Below are positions 35,339 to 45,124 of a DNA stretch of 64,000 nucleotides, one piece after another. Position 1 is the first letter of the stretch, and each line of letters starts with the position of its first letter. The stretch is taken from positions 3,197-67,196 of the IMG/VR virus record IMGVR_UViG_3300004280_000281. The stretch is one strand, 5' to 3'. The stretch comes from a virus. A program made the position numbers and the translations under genes. The notes under the pieces were generated by a model. That model did no database searches and had not been told where the DNA came from. It worked only from the letters and a program-made list of their open reading frames with translations.

Positions 35339-38300
35339 TATAGCCCCTGAATGCTTTCTATGAGTGGTGCGCCGTCTCTTGACACCATGCCCTCGATAAA
35401 GCAGATATTGCCCTCTTTGACAACTGACTTAAACTTCTTAAAGGCATCTGAGAATATGATAGCATCCATGCTGAATGTTTTGTCTGATATTTTCAGGAAT
35501 GCCATCTTGTTTCCGTTTCTGTCCGTTTTCGGTGCAACTCTCGTAAGGATCGCAATCGTCGAAAATCTCCTTTTGGGGATCTCGTGCTTGATATTCATGA
35601 CCGTATGCGTACTCCTGGTATCTTCATAAATGTCCACCTCGCAGTACTTTAGGGGAATGCCTACATATAGCAGCTCCCTTGCCGCCATGTAGCGGTACTT
35701 ATCCTCTGAATTGTTAAGCTCCTCGGCCTCTGACAAAAGTGCGTTGACCTTCTTCATTCTTGAGACATTGACGACCTTTGCATTAACATTGTCTGAGTTG
35801 AGCCAAGTCTTGAAAACATTGACCGCATCGAACACCCCATCGGAACCTGGAACGTTTACTGTTTTATTTGTTCTCGCAGTGCTCAAGTCAACGTCTCCTC
35901 CTCCTCCGGCTATCACTGAAAAGACTTTGAACTCCTTGTCTGTCATTGCCTTCAGGAGTCCAACAGTGCTGTGCAGCTTCACTCTCTCTATGTCTAGGAA
36001 GTCGAATGCACCCGCATACGCCAAAGCCTCTGCAACGTCCTTCTTGGCGCCCCTGAGGCCCAGCATGAAGCTATCCGCCCCGTTCGACTCGTCGTAGATC
36101 TTTTTTACCAGCTTTACTGAAGCCTTGCCAACCTTCTTGACCGACTTTAGACCGAAGTAGATGTCGTCTCCTGATATAGTAAAGTCGTCTTCTGAGTAAA
36201 TGAGTGAGGGCGGCTTGATCGAAATCTTCCTCAGCTTTGCATCGTAAAAGATCTCTGAGATCTCCTCCTGTGGCTTCTGTTCGTTTTCTGACAGTTGCAG
36301 GAGTGAGCAGTAGAACTTCTGGGGGTGGTAGAACTTCGCATATGCTGTAGTGTAGGCCATCATTCCGTATGTAAGGGCATGTGACTTGTTGAATCCGTAC
36401 TCTGCGCCCTTTTCAATCCATCCCCAAAGCTCCTCCGCCAACGGAACGTTCTTGTACTTCTCTACGCATCCATTCAGAAATCTCTTATGAAAGCTGGCCA
36501 TGAGTTCTGGAATCTTCTTTCCAACAGCCTTCCTCAGCATGTCGGCCTCCTTGAGGTCGAATCCCCCAAATACCTTTACTACTTCAAGCATCTGCTCCTG
36601 GTATAGCATGACGCCGTATGTCTCTGCGAAGATTGGCTCTAGGTCGGGGTGAATGGTAGTCCACTCTCCACTTAGCTTGTTTCTCAGGTACTGGTCAGCC
36701 AACCCAGACTCAAGAACTGCTGGCCTAATCAATGAGACTAGTGCCGCAAGTTCATCAATATTTGAAGGCTTAACCTTCTTGGCCCAGTTCTCCCCTAGCT
36801 TTGACTCAAGTTGAAAGATGCCCTTGTTGTTTCCACGACATATTGACTTGTATACGTCCAAGTCGTCGAACTCTCCAACACGCTCCTTGAAGTCTGGCAT
36901 TGTGCGGGCAACCACTGATAATGTCTTAAGCCCCAGGAGGTCCAGCTTCATGTACCCCAGCTTCTCGATGTCGTACATGTCGAAACCTGTTAGAAGTGAC
37001 TTCTTGTTGGCATCCCAACAGCAGGGTATGGCACCAAACAGGGTCTCGTCTGCGATCAGCACTGCACATGCGTGGGTGGATCTGTTTCTGTTAACACCCT
37101 CAAGCTTCTTTGCAATCTCAAACGTCTTCTTTAGCTTCTTTCTTCGGTCAGCAGCTAGGGCTCTCAGCTCCTTGGCCTTGGACGGGTCACTCTTGGCATC
37201 CTTTGCCCACTGGATTATGTCCTCGTCAATGCCCTCTTCCGCCTTCTTGAAGACGCTCAATCTGTCGATTACGTCCTGAATGCCCTTGTTCTTGTCTGGA
37301 ACATTCTTGGTAAGCCTATTCAGGTACTCGTGGGTTAAACCCATCACCTTTCCAACATCCTTTAGTGCGCCCTTTACAGACAGAGTGTTGATAGTCATCA
37401 TGGGAAGAACACGGTCTTTTCCGAATTCATCCTTTAGATACTGTAGAACCTCGTCTCTTCGGTCGATCTGAATGTCTAGATCTACGTCTGGCATGGATCC
37501 TTTTCTTCCATGATTCCAGAATCTCTCCCACAGTAGGCCGTACTTAATAGGATCTGCGTACTGAGTGACTTTTAGTAGATATAGAACGAGTGATCCCGCA
37601 CAGGAGCCTCGTCCGAATCCTCTGAGGATCTCGTTATCGTCACAGAATTTGCACACCTGGAACACGATCATGAAGTAATGCTGTAGTCCTGCATCCTCGA
37701 CCTCAGCTAGTTCACGCTGTATTCGTGCAACGTACTCACTCTTGTTCTCCTTGCTCTCTATGTCGAACTCTGCCCAAGCCAACTTGCATAGCTCGTAGAG
37801 CTCCGCCATGCATTCCTTGTCTGACATCCCCTTGTATCTAGGCGTCTTCATTCCACCCAGCTCCATGCTTATGTCAATTGAGTCGGCAATCTCCTGGGAC
37901 ATGTTGACTTCGGCGGGTGTGAACTTTGTAAGCATCTCCTCCGCTGATCTTTGATAGTAGTCAAATCCATTGAACACAATGCGACACCCTTTGGTCACTC
38001 CCTTGGCGTGGTCTAGTACTGGAGTGTCTAGAGTGGCTCTTGCGTCGATAGCCTTTAGGACTTCATGAGCAAAGGCATCGGAACTATTGACGTAGTGTCC
38101 GTCATTGGTAGCTACCGCCCTCAGTCCTAGCTCCTCTGCCACCTGCCTACAATTGGCTAGGATTAGCTCCTGCTCTGGAATATAGATCTTTCCATCGTCG
38201 TTTACTCGTTGAAGCTCAACGTAGGTGTTGTCTTCTCCGAATACGGATACCATGTGTTTTACATGCTCCTTACCTTCTTCGTAGGTGTCGTGTACAAATG

Positions 38301-38772
38301 CATGGTTTGATGGAGAATTCATGCACCCTGTCAGACAGATTACTCCCTCTGAATATTTATTAAACTCTTTCCACGAAACTCTCGGTCGGTAGAAGAACCC
38401 ACCGCCGTCTGCCACTGGCACGTTTGCCCAAGTTGTCATCTTGTATAGATTTGAGAGTCCGACGTTATTCTTGGCAATAAGCGTGATATGTCTAGACTTG
38501 CGAACCTTGTCCTCGTGGTCGTGTGTGAAGTAAAATTCGCTACCAAGGATTGGTTTAATTCCAGCCTTGATACATTCCTCGTAAGCCTTCACGGCTCCGA
38601 ACATGTTGCCGTGATCTGTCAAACAGTATGCATTTTGTCCTAGCTCCACAGCCCTAGCAACCGCATCCTTAGGCTTGGAAAGAGCGTCCAATAGTGAGTA
38701 ATGGGAGTGGTTGTGCAGCGATACGTAGGATGCGCCCCGTGTGATGTCTGAATCCTCTGCCTTATCACACAT
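35338..38772 (-). CDS. dnaE: DNA polymerase III alpha subunit
   Basis: PHP domain LHNHSHYSLLD, TDHGN; GRGSCAGSL; MPDVDLD; KLDLLGL; GFNKSHA; C-terminal OB fold. Confidence 0.97.
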   Translation of the reverse strand: MCDKAEDSDITRGASYVSLHNHSHYSLLDALSKPKDAVARAVELGQNAYCLTDHGNMFGAVKAYEECIKAGIKPILGSEFYFTHDHEDKVRKSRHITLIAKNNVGLSNLYKMTTWANVPVADGGGFFYRPRVSWKEFNKYSEGVICLTGCMNSPSNHAFVHDTYEEGKEHVKHMVSVFGEDNTYVELQRVNDDGKIYIPEQELILANCRQVAEELGLRAVATNDGHYVNSSDAFAHEVLKAIDARATLDTPVLDHAKGVTKGCRIVFNGFDYYQRSAEEMLTKFTPAEVNMSQEIADSIDISMELGGMKTPRYKGMSDKECMAELYELCKLAWAEFDIESKENKSEYVARIQRELAEVEDAGLQHYFMIVFQVCKFCDDNEILRGFGRGSCAGSLVLYLLKVTQYADPIKYGLLWERFWNHGRKGSMPDVDLDIQIDRRDEVLQYLKDEFGKDRVLPMMTINTLSVKGALKDVGKVMGLTHEYLNRLTKNVPDKNKGIQDVIDRLSVFKKAEEGIDEDIIQWAKDAKSDPSKAKELRALAADRRKKLKKTFEIAKKLEGVNRNRSTHACAVLIADETLFGAIPCCWDANKKSLLTGFDMYDIEKLGYMKLDLLGLKTLSVVARTMPDFKERVGEFDDLDVYKSICRGNNKGIFQLESKLGENWAKKVKPSNIDELAALVSLIRPAVLESGLADQYLRNKLSGEWTTIHPDLEPIFAETYGVMLYQEQMLEVVKVFGGFDLKEADMLRKAVGKKIPELMASFHKRFLNGCVEKYKNVPLAEELWGWIEKGAEYGFNKSHALTYGMMAYTTAYAKFYHPQKFYCSLLQLSENEQKPQEEISEIFYDAKLRKISIKPPSLIYSEDDFTISGDDIYFGLKSVKKVGKASVKLVKKIYDESNGADSFMLGLRGAKKDVAEALAYAGAFDFLDIERVKLHSTVGLLKAMTDKEFKVFSVIAGGGGDVDLSTARTNKTVNVPGSDGVFDAVNVFKTWLNSDNVNAKVVNVSRMKKVNALLSEAEELNNSEDKYRYMAARELLYVGIPLKYCEVDIYEDTRSTHTVMNIKHEIPKRRFSTIAILTRVAPKTDRNGNKMAFLKISDKTFSMDAIIFSDAFKKFKSVVKEGNICFIEGMVSRDGAPLIESIQGL

Positions 38773-39169
38773 GACTTTCTCCGTCTACTCTCTTCCATGT
38801 ATTAAAATCCGGGCACCAGTACAGCCCCTGCTCTTCTCTCACGATGGTTGCAAACTTATCACGCTTCTTCTCGGTCTTAGACTGGCGAGCAAGCCGCATC
38901 TCTTTAGTTGGTCGCAGGGGGAATCTCGGTTGAAACCTGAAACACTTGGGGCTGACTTCACGCTTCCTCCAGCGGAGGATGCCGTGCCCCTCGTCTGTAG
39001 TGCCAAGAGCCAAGACGAAAACGACCTTCCAGCCCTTGCGTTTGCCCTTTTTTAGATCACGATAATACCAACCAGACTCAACCCCTTGCTTGGTTTGGAT
39101 CTGACAGTAGTAGTCGTCACTTAAATCGACAGGAGGCTCGCTCCAGTCTTCTAATTCTAATATACTCAT
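38765..39169 (-). CDS. Hypothetical protein
   Basis: 134 aa basic ORF overlapping the dnaE start. Confidence 0.6.
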   Translation of the reverse strand: MSILELEDWSEPPVDLSDDYYCQIQTKQGVESGWYYRDLKKGKRKGWKVVFVLALGTTDEGHGILRWRKREVSPKCFRFQPRFPLRPTKEMRLARQSKTEKKRDKFATIVREEQGLYWCPDFNTWKRVDGESHV

Positions 39170-39200
39170 TATTTTTTCCTTCTAAGACATGGTAGCATTA

Positions 39201-40283
39201 TTAAACCTCTGAAAACAAGTATTTTCCAAAAGCTTTTTTCACCCTGTCCTGATAGCCCTTCGGATTTATTCCGTAAGTTGCAGCTGCTACAGAGCTTATG
39301 AGACTGTTTCCATCCTGTGGAGTGAAGCAGAATCCTGTTACAATACTGTCGTTCTGGACGCTCAGGCTTTCTAGGTTGATTACTGTCTGGTTTAGGATCC
39401 TGCCATATAGGCCATAGTCTCTACCGAAGCTGAACACCTTGTTGCTATCGCTCTTGTGGGTAACAGCCATCATCTCGTTCTCTGAGATCTGCTGACGAAC
39501 TAAGTCCAATGTCGTGCCAGTAGTTTCAATCCTAAATCGGATTCCGTGCATGTACTGACTCGGTATCTTGCAAGCACTGGAGAACACTGTTGGCTCATCC
39601 TCTGTCCCCAGGTGTATGCCCTTGGTTGACATGATAGCATGCAAGTCTTTTGCGTGGTGTGTTCCAAAGCTGCTGCTGTGAGCTCCCACACTTAGGGCTG
39701 GGGAGAACGAAGAGGTCTGGCTAATGTCGTTAGTTCTTCTTATGCATGTGAAGTCAGCACTCACGAAGTCAGTCGGGTCGTGTCCACCATCCATTCCAAT
39801 GGTCTGGACTAGGGCTGCTAAGTTATGGGTATTACAGGATACAATCTGGTGGAATCGCTCTTGATACCAGTCTTGGCCCTGTAGCACTTCGTCGTTGATG
39901 CCGAAAGCGTACTTCTTTCCAAACCCATCCTCCGATCCTTGAGCGATGAACATTCTTGTAGTGGTATTCCTGTAGTAGAACTTCTCCTTGTTCTCTAGAC
40001 CTATTCCGCCTGGAGTGCAGTCGATGATAACAGTGGCTCTATCGATTGCCTCTTCCGAAGTAAAGGATGGCTCAATGCCCATATCGACAAACCCAGACTT
40101 ATTGTCGGTAGCCAGGAGGGCTCCAGTCTCAATCAGTTGTACAACTTTTGAGCGATCTGTAAGAAGAGGGGTTCTCTTGTTGAATGTAACTTGGTCGAAT
40201 CCAAGGACGTCTTTGGCCCTGGACAGCATCCCGATCAGGGGCTCTCCGATAGTGCCTGTTCCGATTACATGTACGATTTTCAT
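39201..40283 (-). CDS. Type II (archaeal-like) glyceraldehyde-3-phosphate dehydrogenase homologue
   Basis: VIGTGTIG, IDCTPGGIG..NK, AQGSE, IVSCNT catalytic Cys, RR.ND, THHAKD. Confidence 0.82.
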   Translation of the reverse strand: MKIVHVIGTGTIGEPLIGMLSRAKDVLGFDQVTFNKRTPLLTDRSKVVQLIETGALLATDNKSGFVDMGIEPSFTSEEAIDRATVIIDCTPGGIGLENKEKFYYRNTTTRMFIAQGSEDGFGKKYAFGINDEVLQGQDWYQERFHQIVSCNTHNLAALVQTIGMDGGHDPTDFVSADFTCIRRTNDISQTSSFSPALSVGAHSSSFGTHHAKDLHAIMSTKGIHLGTEDEPTVFSSACKIPSQYMHGIRFRIETTGTTLDLVRQQISENEMMAVTHKSDSNKVFSFGRDYGLYGRILNQTVINLESLSVQNDSIVTGFCFTPQDGNSLISSVAAATYGINPKGYQDRVKKAFGKYLFSEV

Positions 40284-40334
40284 TATATACCTCTTTCGCA
40301 ATAGTCTACCACAGGTGCGGAGCTATCTGCCACA

Positions 40335-40517
40335 CTAGCCCCAAATGTATTCGTGAATCATGAACAGCAGGATACTTGATGGAATGTGAAATATGGCGAT
40401 CATTACCGCTATGTCAAAGCTTCCTGTTAGCCAGAATGCTATTCCCATTGCCAATGCTGTCGATGTTAACTTCCAGGATACTGCCTTCATGAAACTTCTT
40501 TTTAGAGACTTCTTCAT
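40335..40517 (-). CDS. DUF2061-like small membrane protein
   Basis: RSFMKAVSWK...HEYIW. Confidence 0.75.
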   Translation of the reverse strand: MKKSLKRSFMKAVSWKLTSTALAMGIAFWLTGSFDIAVMIAIFHIPSSILLFMIHEYIWG

Positions 40518-40533
40518 GTTATTTCCTATTCTA

Positions 40534-41544
40534 CTATCTGTAGTCGTCAGGGTCTAGGTCTAAATCCTCTAGGGATCCAAAATCGTCAACTGTCAAAGAT
40601 GAGTCTTCTTCCATCTTTCGACCAAGCTTCTCTGTGACATCATCGCATAGCTTTTGGTCGCAAAGGTATTTGCAGATGTGAGATGGCCTGTCCCCCCAGG
40701 ATGTATCCCTTATTCTGTCTGGAACCTCTATATCCTTGATGCCCTCGTATATCTCTGCTATCTCCGCCAGGATTCCTTCTTCTGTATTGTCTCCAAAGCA
40801 TGGTGTGATAGACTTAATACCTTCGTTTACATACATCACTGTCACCATGTGATTCTTGTACTGTGGATACTTCCTTCTTGCTGCAAGATAGTACAGTCTT
40901 AGCTGTATGTCCTTCTCGGCAGCATTGTATGACATCTTGAAACGTCCTGTCTTATAGTCTATTATCTCAATTGTGTCTTCGTCTATCTCTATAACCATAT
41001 CTATCAGGCCATTAAGTTTTACCTCGTGACCATCTGCCGCAATGAACGGTATCTCAAATTTGTCCTCTGTGGCAATTATCTTCTTCTCTGGAACGAATAT
41101 GCCTGCTGGCCCCGTAGCAGACAGGACCCTCTTTACCATGTTCTGGGCTTCCATCCATGAGTTCCATGGACAGCCTGCAAACTCTTCTATATTTGTCTCT
41201 ACTAGTCCACACTTTCCTGCGGAAAAGGCTGGACAGGTCTCGCAAGACTTCTCCACCTTGGCGATATGACGGCACCACCTCCATGACTTAAGTCCTGCAT
41301 AAGCCCTCTTCTGGAGAATATTCTTCCAATTCTTCTCTAGGTCTTCGCAGGTTCTTCCTTCTTCATCTTTGCCATTTAGAGTTGCCTGTGCATACATCTC
41401 GTAAATCCAATGCAGCTCTGATCCCAGCTCTGCAGCAAAGGAGGGTTTCCCCTGTGCGAACAGGCCGTAGGATAATAGGTACTTCATTGGACACATTACA
41501 AATGTCTTCATCTTGGATGCTGATAGTCTGTCTGGCTTTTTCAT
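40534..41544 (-). CDS. PD-(D/E)XK Cas4/RecB-like exonuclease
   Basis: LSASKMKTFVMCP, GSELH, GLIDMV, IIDYKTG, QLRLY, C-terminal CKYLC..LC. Confidence 0.88.
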   Translation of the reverse strand: MKKPDRLSASKMKTFVMCPMKYLLSYGLFAQGKPSFAAELGSELHWIYEMYAQATLNGKDEEGRTCEDLEKNWKNILQKRAYAGLKSWRWCRHIAKVEKSCETCPAFSAGKCGLVETNIEEFAGCPWNSWMEAQNMVKRVLSATGPAGIFVPEKKIIATEDKFEIPFIAADGHEVKLNGLIDMVIEIDEDTIEIIDYKTGRFKMSYNAAEKDIQLRLYYLAARRKYPQYKNHMVTVMYVNEGIKSITPCFGDNTEEGILAEIAEIYEGIKDIEVPDRIRDTSWGDRPSHICKYLCDQKLCDDVTEKLGRKMEEDSSLTVDDFGSLEDLDLDPDDYR

Positions 41545-41552
41545 ATTTTTCC

Positions 41553-42062
41553 TTAGCGTTTCGGGGGCAATGTGCCGGGGATCACTTGTCCGCCACGGCT
41601 TTGTAGCTCGTAGCCCCAGCCCTCGACTCCGGATCCTGCGCCGTCTCCTCCGTCGCCTTCTCCATCGCCCTCTCCTCCGTCTCCGTCTCCTTCGCCACCC
41701 TCTCCCTTTGTCTCGAACGTTGAGGGGGTTCCGCCTCCCATGGTCAATCTTTCTCCCTCAAGCCCCTCTTCCGCATCCTCAAGATACGGCAAGGCAACTA
41801 GCTGGTCGCCTATTAACCATAGGATGATCCTATTCTTGCCCTCTATCCTGAAGAACACTACTGTGAACTTGCTGGGCATCTCGCTCCATGTCATCTCAAC
41901 TGGCTGACCCAGGGCTGCCTTGTAGTTGCTGTATGCTGACATCGACGAAAAGAGGATTGCTATTGCGGCAATGAAGGCTAACAGATGTGACTTCCTAGAG
42001 GCAACTGCTACTGCTATGAATGAACATATTGACAGTACGACGATGCTTATTAGAAATTCCAT
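41553..42062 (-). CDS. Membrane protein with Gly/acidic low-complexity tail
   Basis: Two N-terminal TM helices; GEGGEGDGDGGEGDGEGDGGDG. Confidence 0.65.
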   Translation of the reverse strand: MEFLISIVVLSICSFIAVAVASRKSHLLAFIAAIAILFSSMSAYSNYKAALGQPVEMTWSEMPSKFTVVFFRIEGKNRIILWLIGDQLVALPYLEDAEEGLEGERLTMGGGTPSTFETKGEGGEGDGDGGEGDGEGDGGDGAGSGVEGWGYELQSRGGQVIPGTLPPKR

Positions 42063-42685
42063 TATTGACCTACGATATATCTAGGGTTTACGTCCAGAAC
42101 ACGGAAGTACGATCTACTGATACCCGCATCTTCTGACTCGATGGAGAAGCTTAGGGCGCTTGCCTCATGACCAGCTCCATTTAGAACTACGATTCCGGTC
42201 CAAGCTACTCTTTTTCTTTCTACATCCTGAATAACAAATGTCGCAACAACCTCTAGAGCTAAATCTCTTCCTCCGAAGTAGTGAGCACTGAGACTGTACT
42301 CACCCTCTAGCACTCCACGCATTGTCATTATTTCCTCATTGGGATGAATGAATGTAGTTGTTCCATTTCTGTCGGTGTAGCTTCTAGTGGAAGTAACATC
42401 TAGGTCGAGATGGATTGGACCCGACTCACGTCTTCCGTAATAAACTCTCTCCCCTCCGGGAGTCTTTAGCCACATATCTATATCGCAGTCTTCCATCCAT
42501 GTCATAGTTATGATGTAGGTGGCGCCCGATTCAATGTCTGAATCCTTGTCTTCACTTGGACTATTGACAAGAAGAAATGAAAGGAAAAACAGGCACACAA
42601 ACGTCAGTAGAAGATTGAATAACAGGTCAATGGTTACACTGCTGTTGTTCTTACTAAACATCTGATTAAACCCACTTGATCTCAA
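42062..42685 (-). CDS. Single-pass membrane partner of ExbB-like protein (MotB/ExbD-like TM Asp)
   Basis: TIDLLFNLLLTFVCLFFLSFLL then soluble domain (ITMTW..DCDIDMWLKTP, NEEI, GEYSLSAHYF). Confidence 0.6.
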   Translation of the reverse strand: MRSSGFNQMFSKNNSSVTIDLLFNLLLTFVCLFFLSFLLVNSPSEDKDSDIESGATYIITMTWMEDCDIDMWLKTPGGERVYYGRRESGPIHLDLDVTSTRSYTDRNGTTTFIHPNEEIMTMRGVLEGEYSLSAHYFGGRDLALEVVATFVIQDVERKRVAWTGIVVLNGAGHEASALSFSIESEDAGISRSYFRVLDVNPRYIVGQ

Positions 42686-43139
42686 AGAACCGCTTTTGGA
42701 GTCCGAGTAGGATTGATGAGGTTAGACCAACCAGAGTAGTGGTTAGTGCTGTTCCGATTCCTGAAGACATTGCTACTAGAGATGACTTTAGAGACTCCGG
42801 GTCTTCAATGTTTAGGTTTCCGAATGCTCCAGAGATCATGACGATTAGGCCGATGACCGTACCGAGCAACCCCAGTGACGTGCATAGTTCAGAAAGGTAG
42901 TCCATGACACCCTGTCCGAGGTTTTCGCCCTTGTATAGTCTAACTCCATAGTAGGCTGACCCAGATGCCAGGATAGCTACGATAACCCAACTCAAACCAG
43001 TTGAGTCGTTCTCTGAGAGGAACCTTGCTCCCCCTGCTAGGAATACGCCAGACACAACTGTCATCATTGCACAAGCCAGGATCCACCATCTTACGAAGGG
43101 TCCATTGTTTTGAAGAGATCTCTTGAAGCTTCGTAGCAT
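42666..43139 (-). CDS. MotA/TolQ/ExbB proton channel family protein
   Basis: LGLLGTVIGLI...GIGTALTTTLVGL; ATG 43139 with RBS GGAGG. Confidence 0.88.
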   Translation of the reverse strand: MLRSFKRSLQNNGPFVRWWILACAMMTVVSGVFLAGGARFLSENDSTGLSWVIVAILASGSAYYGVRLYKGENLGQGVMDYLSELCTSLGLLGTVIGLIVMISGAFGNLNIEDPESLKSSLVAMSSGIGTALTTTLVGLTSSILLGLQKRFFEIKWV

Positions 43140-43462
43140 TACTTTCCTCCCTTTGGAAAACATGTATTCCACATGATGGTATCCCTGCCCCTGGCTAGGC
43201 TCCAGATATGGCTGCTTACGCACATGGAAACCCAGTCAGGGTTAGGCACAAAGTCTAGGCTCTTTACTTCTTTGACTAGCATAGGCCTGGACGTTCCGTC
43301 AATGGCCTCTGCGTTAAGCACCCCATCGGCATCGCCGTACTCTGACTCATAGAGAACAACGTTTTCTCCACTCTCTATTCGGCCTATCATGGCCAGGGCT
43401 GCATCTCTATCTTTGTGAGATGACATTATAATCTCTCGTAGCGTCTGTTTATTGTTGTCCAC
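43139..43462 (-). CDS. Hypothetical protein
   Basis: 107 aa, translationally coupled on both sides. Confidence 0.6.
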   Translation of the reverse strand: MDNNKQTLREIIMSSHKDRDAALAMIGRIESGENVVLYESEYGDADGVLNAEAIDGTSRPMLVKEVKSLDFVPNPDWVSMCVSSHIWSLARGRDTIMWNTCFPKGGK

Positions 43463-44102
43463 TGTATAGACCTAACTCTCTTAGTGATTCTTCCACGAAT
43501 GGTATCACATGATTAACTGTTGGAATTTCCTCGGCTCGTACTATCTTTGCAAACTTGTGTTCCGGAATGAGGTCAACACTGGCCTCGCTGCCATGAGTGT
43601 CTCCGAATACGTCTCTATCTATCTTAACGGTGTAACCGCCCATTGCATTTATTGCTTCAACTTCATTCAGGAATCTTACATCGGTAACGAATACTACTGC
43701 TGGATCTCCTGATCCCTCTGTTTGGTCGAAGTCACCACGGTTGATCCTGCTTTTTAGAACGTTTATCCACCAGTTCTTATGTATGCCACGGAAAACGTCC
43801 GTGCCTAGAACCTGTAGCAACTCTCTAACCGTTATTGTGTCGTCAACTAATCTTCCTTGGCCCATTACGATGCCCTCATTGAAGAAGTCTCCCCACTGGC
43901 CTATCCCTTTATTTTTGTCTGCATCAGTGCCCCATGGTAAGGATTTGTCCACTCCGCAGTAGTCTATCGCAAACTGCTTTAATGGGGAGGCTATCGCAAT
44001 CTTCGCCGAAGACAGCCCTATGTCTGACACTATGTTGCACCCGAAGTCAGCAAACGTATCTTTGCCTGCCTGCTTCTTTCCACATACTCCTACGACGATC
44101 AT
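43449..44102 (-). CDS. Deoxynucleoside monophosphate kinase
   Basis: GVCGKKQAGKDT, RELLQVLGTD, VTDVRFLNE, HGSE. Confidence 0.9.
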   Translation of the reverse strand: MIVVGVCGKKQAGKDTFADFGCNIVSDIGLSSAKIAIASPLKQFAIDYCGVDKSLPWGTDADKNKGIGQWGDFFNEGIVMGQGRLVDDTITVRELLQVLGTDVFRGIHKNWWINVLKSRINRGDFDQTEGSGDPAVVFVTDVRFLNEVEAINAMGGYTVKIDRDVFGDTHGSEASVDLIPEHKFAKIVRAEEIPTVNHVIPFVEESLRELGLYSGQQ

Positions 44103-45124
44103 CTTTTTCCCCTTAGCATTTCTTTGATTATTGAAGCACTCATGTCTCCCACATCCTGACCTTGAGTAGGTGGGTACATTACAGTTGTCTTTATTCCTGA
44201 CTTATTGAGCTTCTTTACGTTGGACGTCTCGTTCCGGTGTCCGCCATCGTCGTTGTCCATGAAGAGTATGACCTTTGTTACGCCCATCTTCTTCATCACG
44301 CACACCTGACCATTTGTTAGGGATGACCCCATAACTGCCACGCTGTTCCAGAAGCCAGCCTCGCATAGTCTTGCTACGTCCCATGGTCCCTCTGACACGA
44401 CGATAGTCGAAAGCTTCCACTCGTTGATAGCACGTTTGCACAGGTCAATGTTCAACATATTTACAGATTTTTTAAACCTGCTATGTCGCCATTTGGGGGA
44501 GTGGGGGTCGTCATCCGTCTTTCTTCCGCTAAATCCAACAAGATTGCCTACAATGTTCTTAACTGGAAACACTAGCCTTCCGTCCATTACTCCATATCTA
44601 GATATGCCTACTCCCATTTTTCTGAGGACAGACTCGTCGAATCCACGTTCTGTGGCATATGACAGGTTCTTGCCCAGACGGTTAAGTATGTGGTCGGGAA
44701 AAGTCTCCTGCTCAAGGTGCATCTTGGCAAAATCTTCCTGAGCCCTCTTTGGTAAATCCTCGGAGGATACACGGTCAAGGTCTCCGGACTTGATGAGGCT
44801 ATCTATGATTTTCCTCGATAATGGGATGGCCTTTCTTCGCTCTATGTCTGATATAGATGCAATCAGACCTATCATGTCAGAGCCTTTCTCCGAATGGCAC
44901 CCAGCTGTCCAGCAAAACCAGCAGTTTTTCTCCCTGTAGTAGGAGAATCCAGTTGGGTTGTCTCCGCCGTGGCAGCAGGATGGTCCTCTTAGGTCGTCTC
45001 CGATATCTACGAAGTCGTCAATATCTATTTCCAAATGCTCAAGAACAGCCTCAATGTTGTTTCCGAGGGTTGCATTCATGTCATCTATGGTCATGGTGTG
45101 CTTATCCACGTGCTGCCTCATCAT
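44099..45124 (-). CDS. dnaG: DNA primase
   Basis: Zn-binding CHGGDN...WFCWT..C; GRLVFP, GFSGR; TOPRIM EGPWD, DNDDGG. Confidence 0.92.
   Translation of the reverse strand: MMRQHVDKHTMTIDDMNATLGNNIEAVLEHLEIDIDDFVDIGDDLRGPSCCHGGDNPTGFSYYREKNCWFCWTAGCHSEKGSDMIGLIASISDIERRKAIPLSRKIIDSLIKSGDLDRVSSEDLPKRAQEDFAKMHLEQETFPDHILNRLGKNLSYATERGFDESVLRKMGVGISRYGVMDGRLVFPVKNIVGNLVGFSGRKTDDDPHSPKWRHSRFKKSVNMLNIDLCKRAINEWKLSTIVVSEGPWDVARLCEAGFWNSVAVMGSSLTNGQVCVMKKMGVTKVILFMDNDDGGHRNETSNVKKLNKSGIKTTVMYPPTQGQDVGDMSASIIKEMLRGKR

Noticed and set aside
40534-41544. CRISPR-Cas locus around the Cas4-like nuclease
   Set aside because: No repeat-spacer array or other cas genes seen; stand-alone Cas4-like nucleases are common in phages
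42062-43139. Zorya defence system
   Set aside because: The ExbB-like protein lacks the long ZorA tail, the partner lacks an evident OmpA domain, and there are no ZorC/D/E genes
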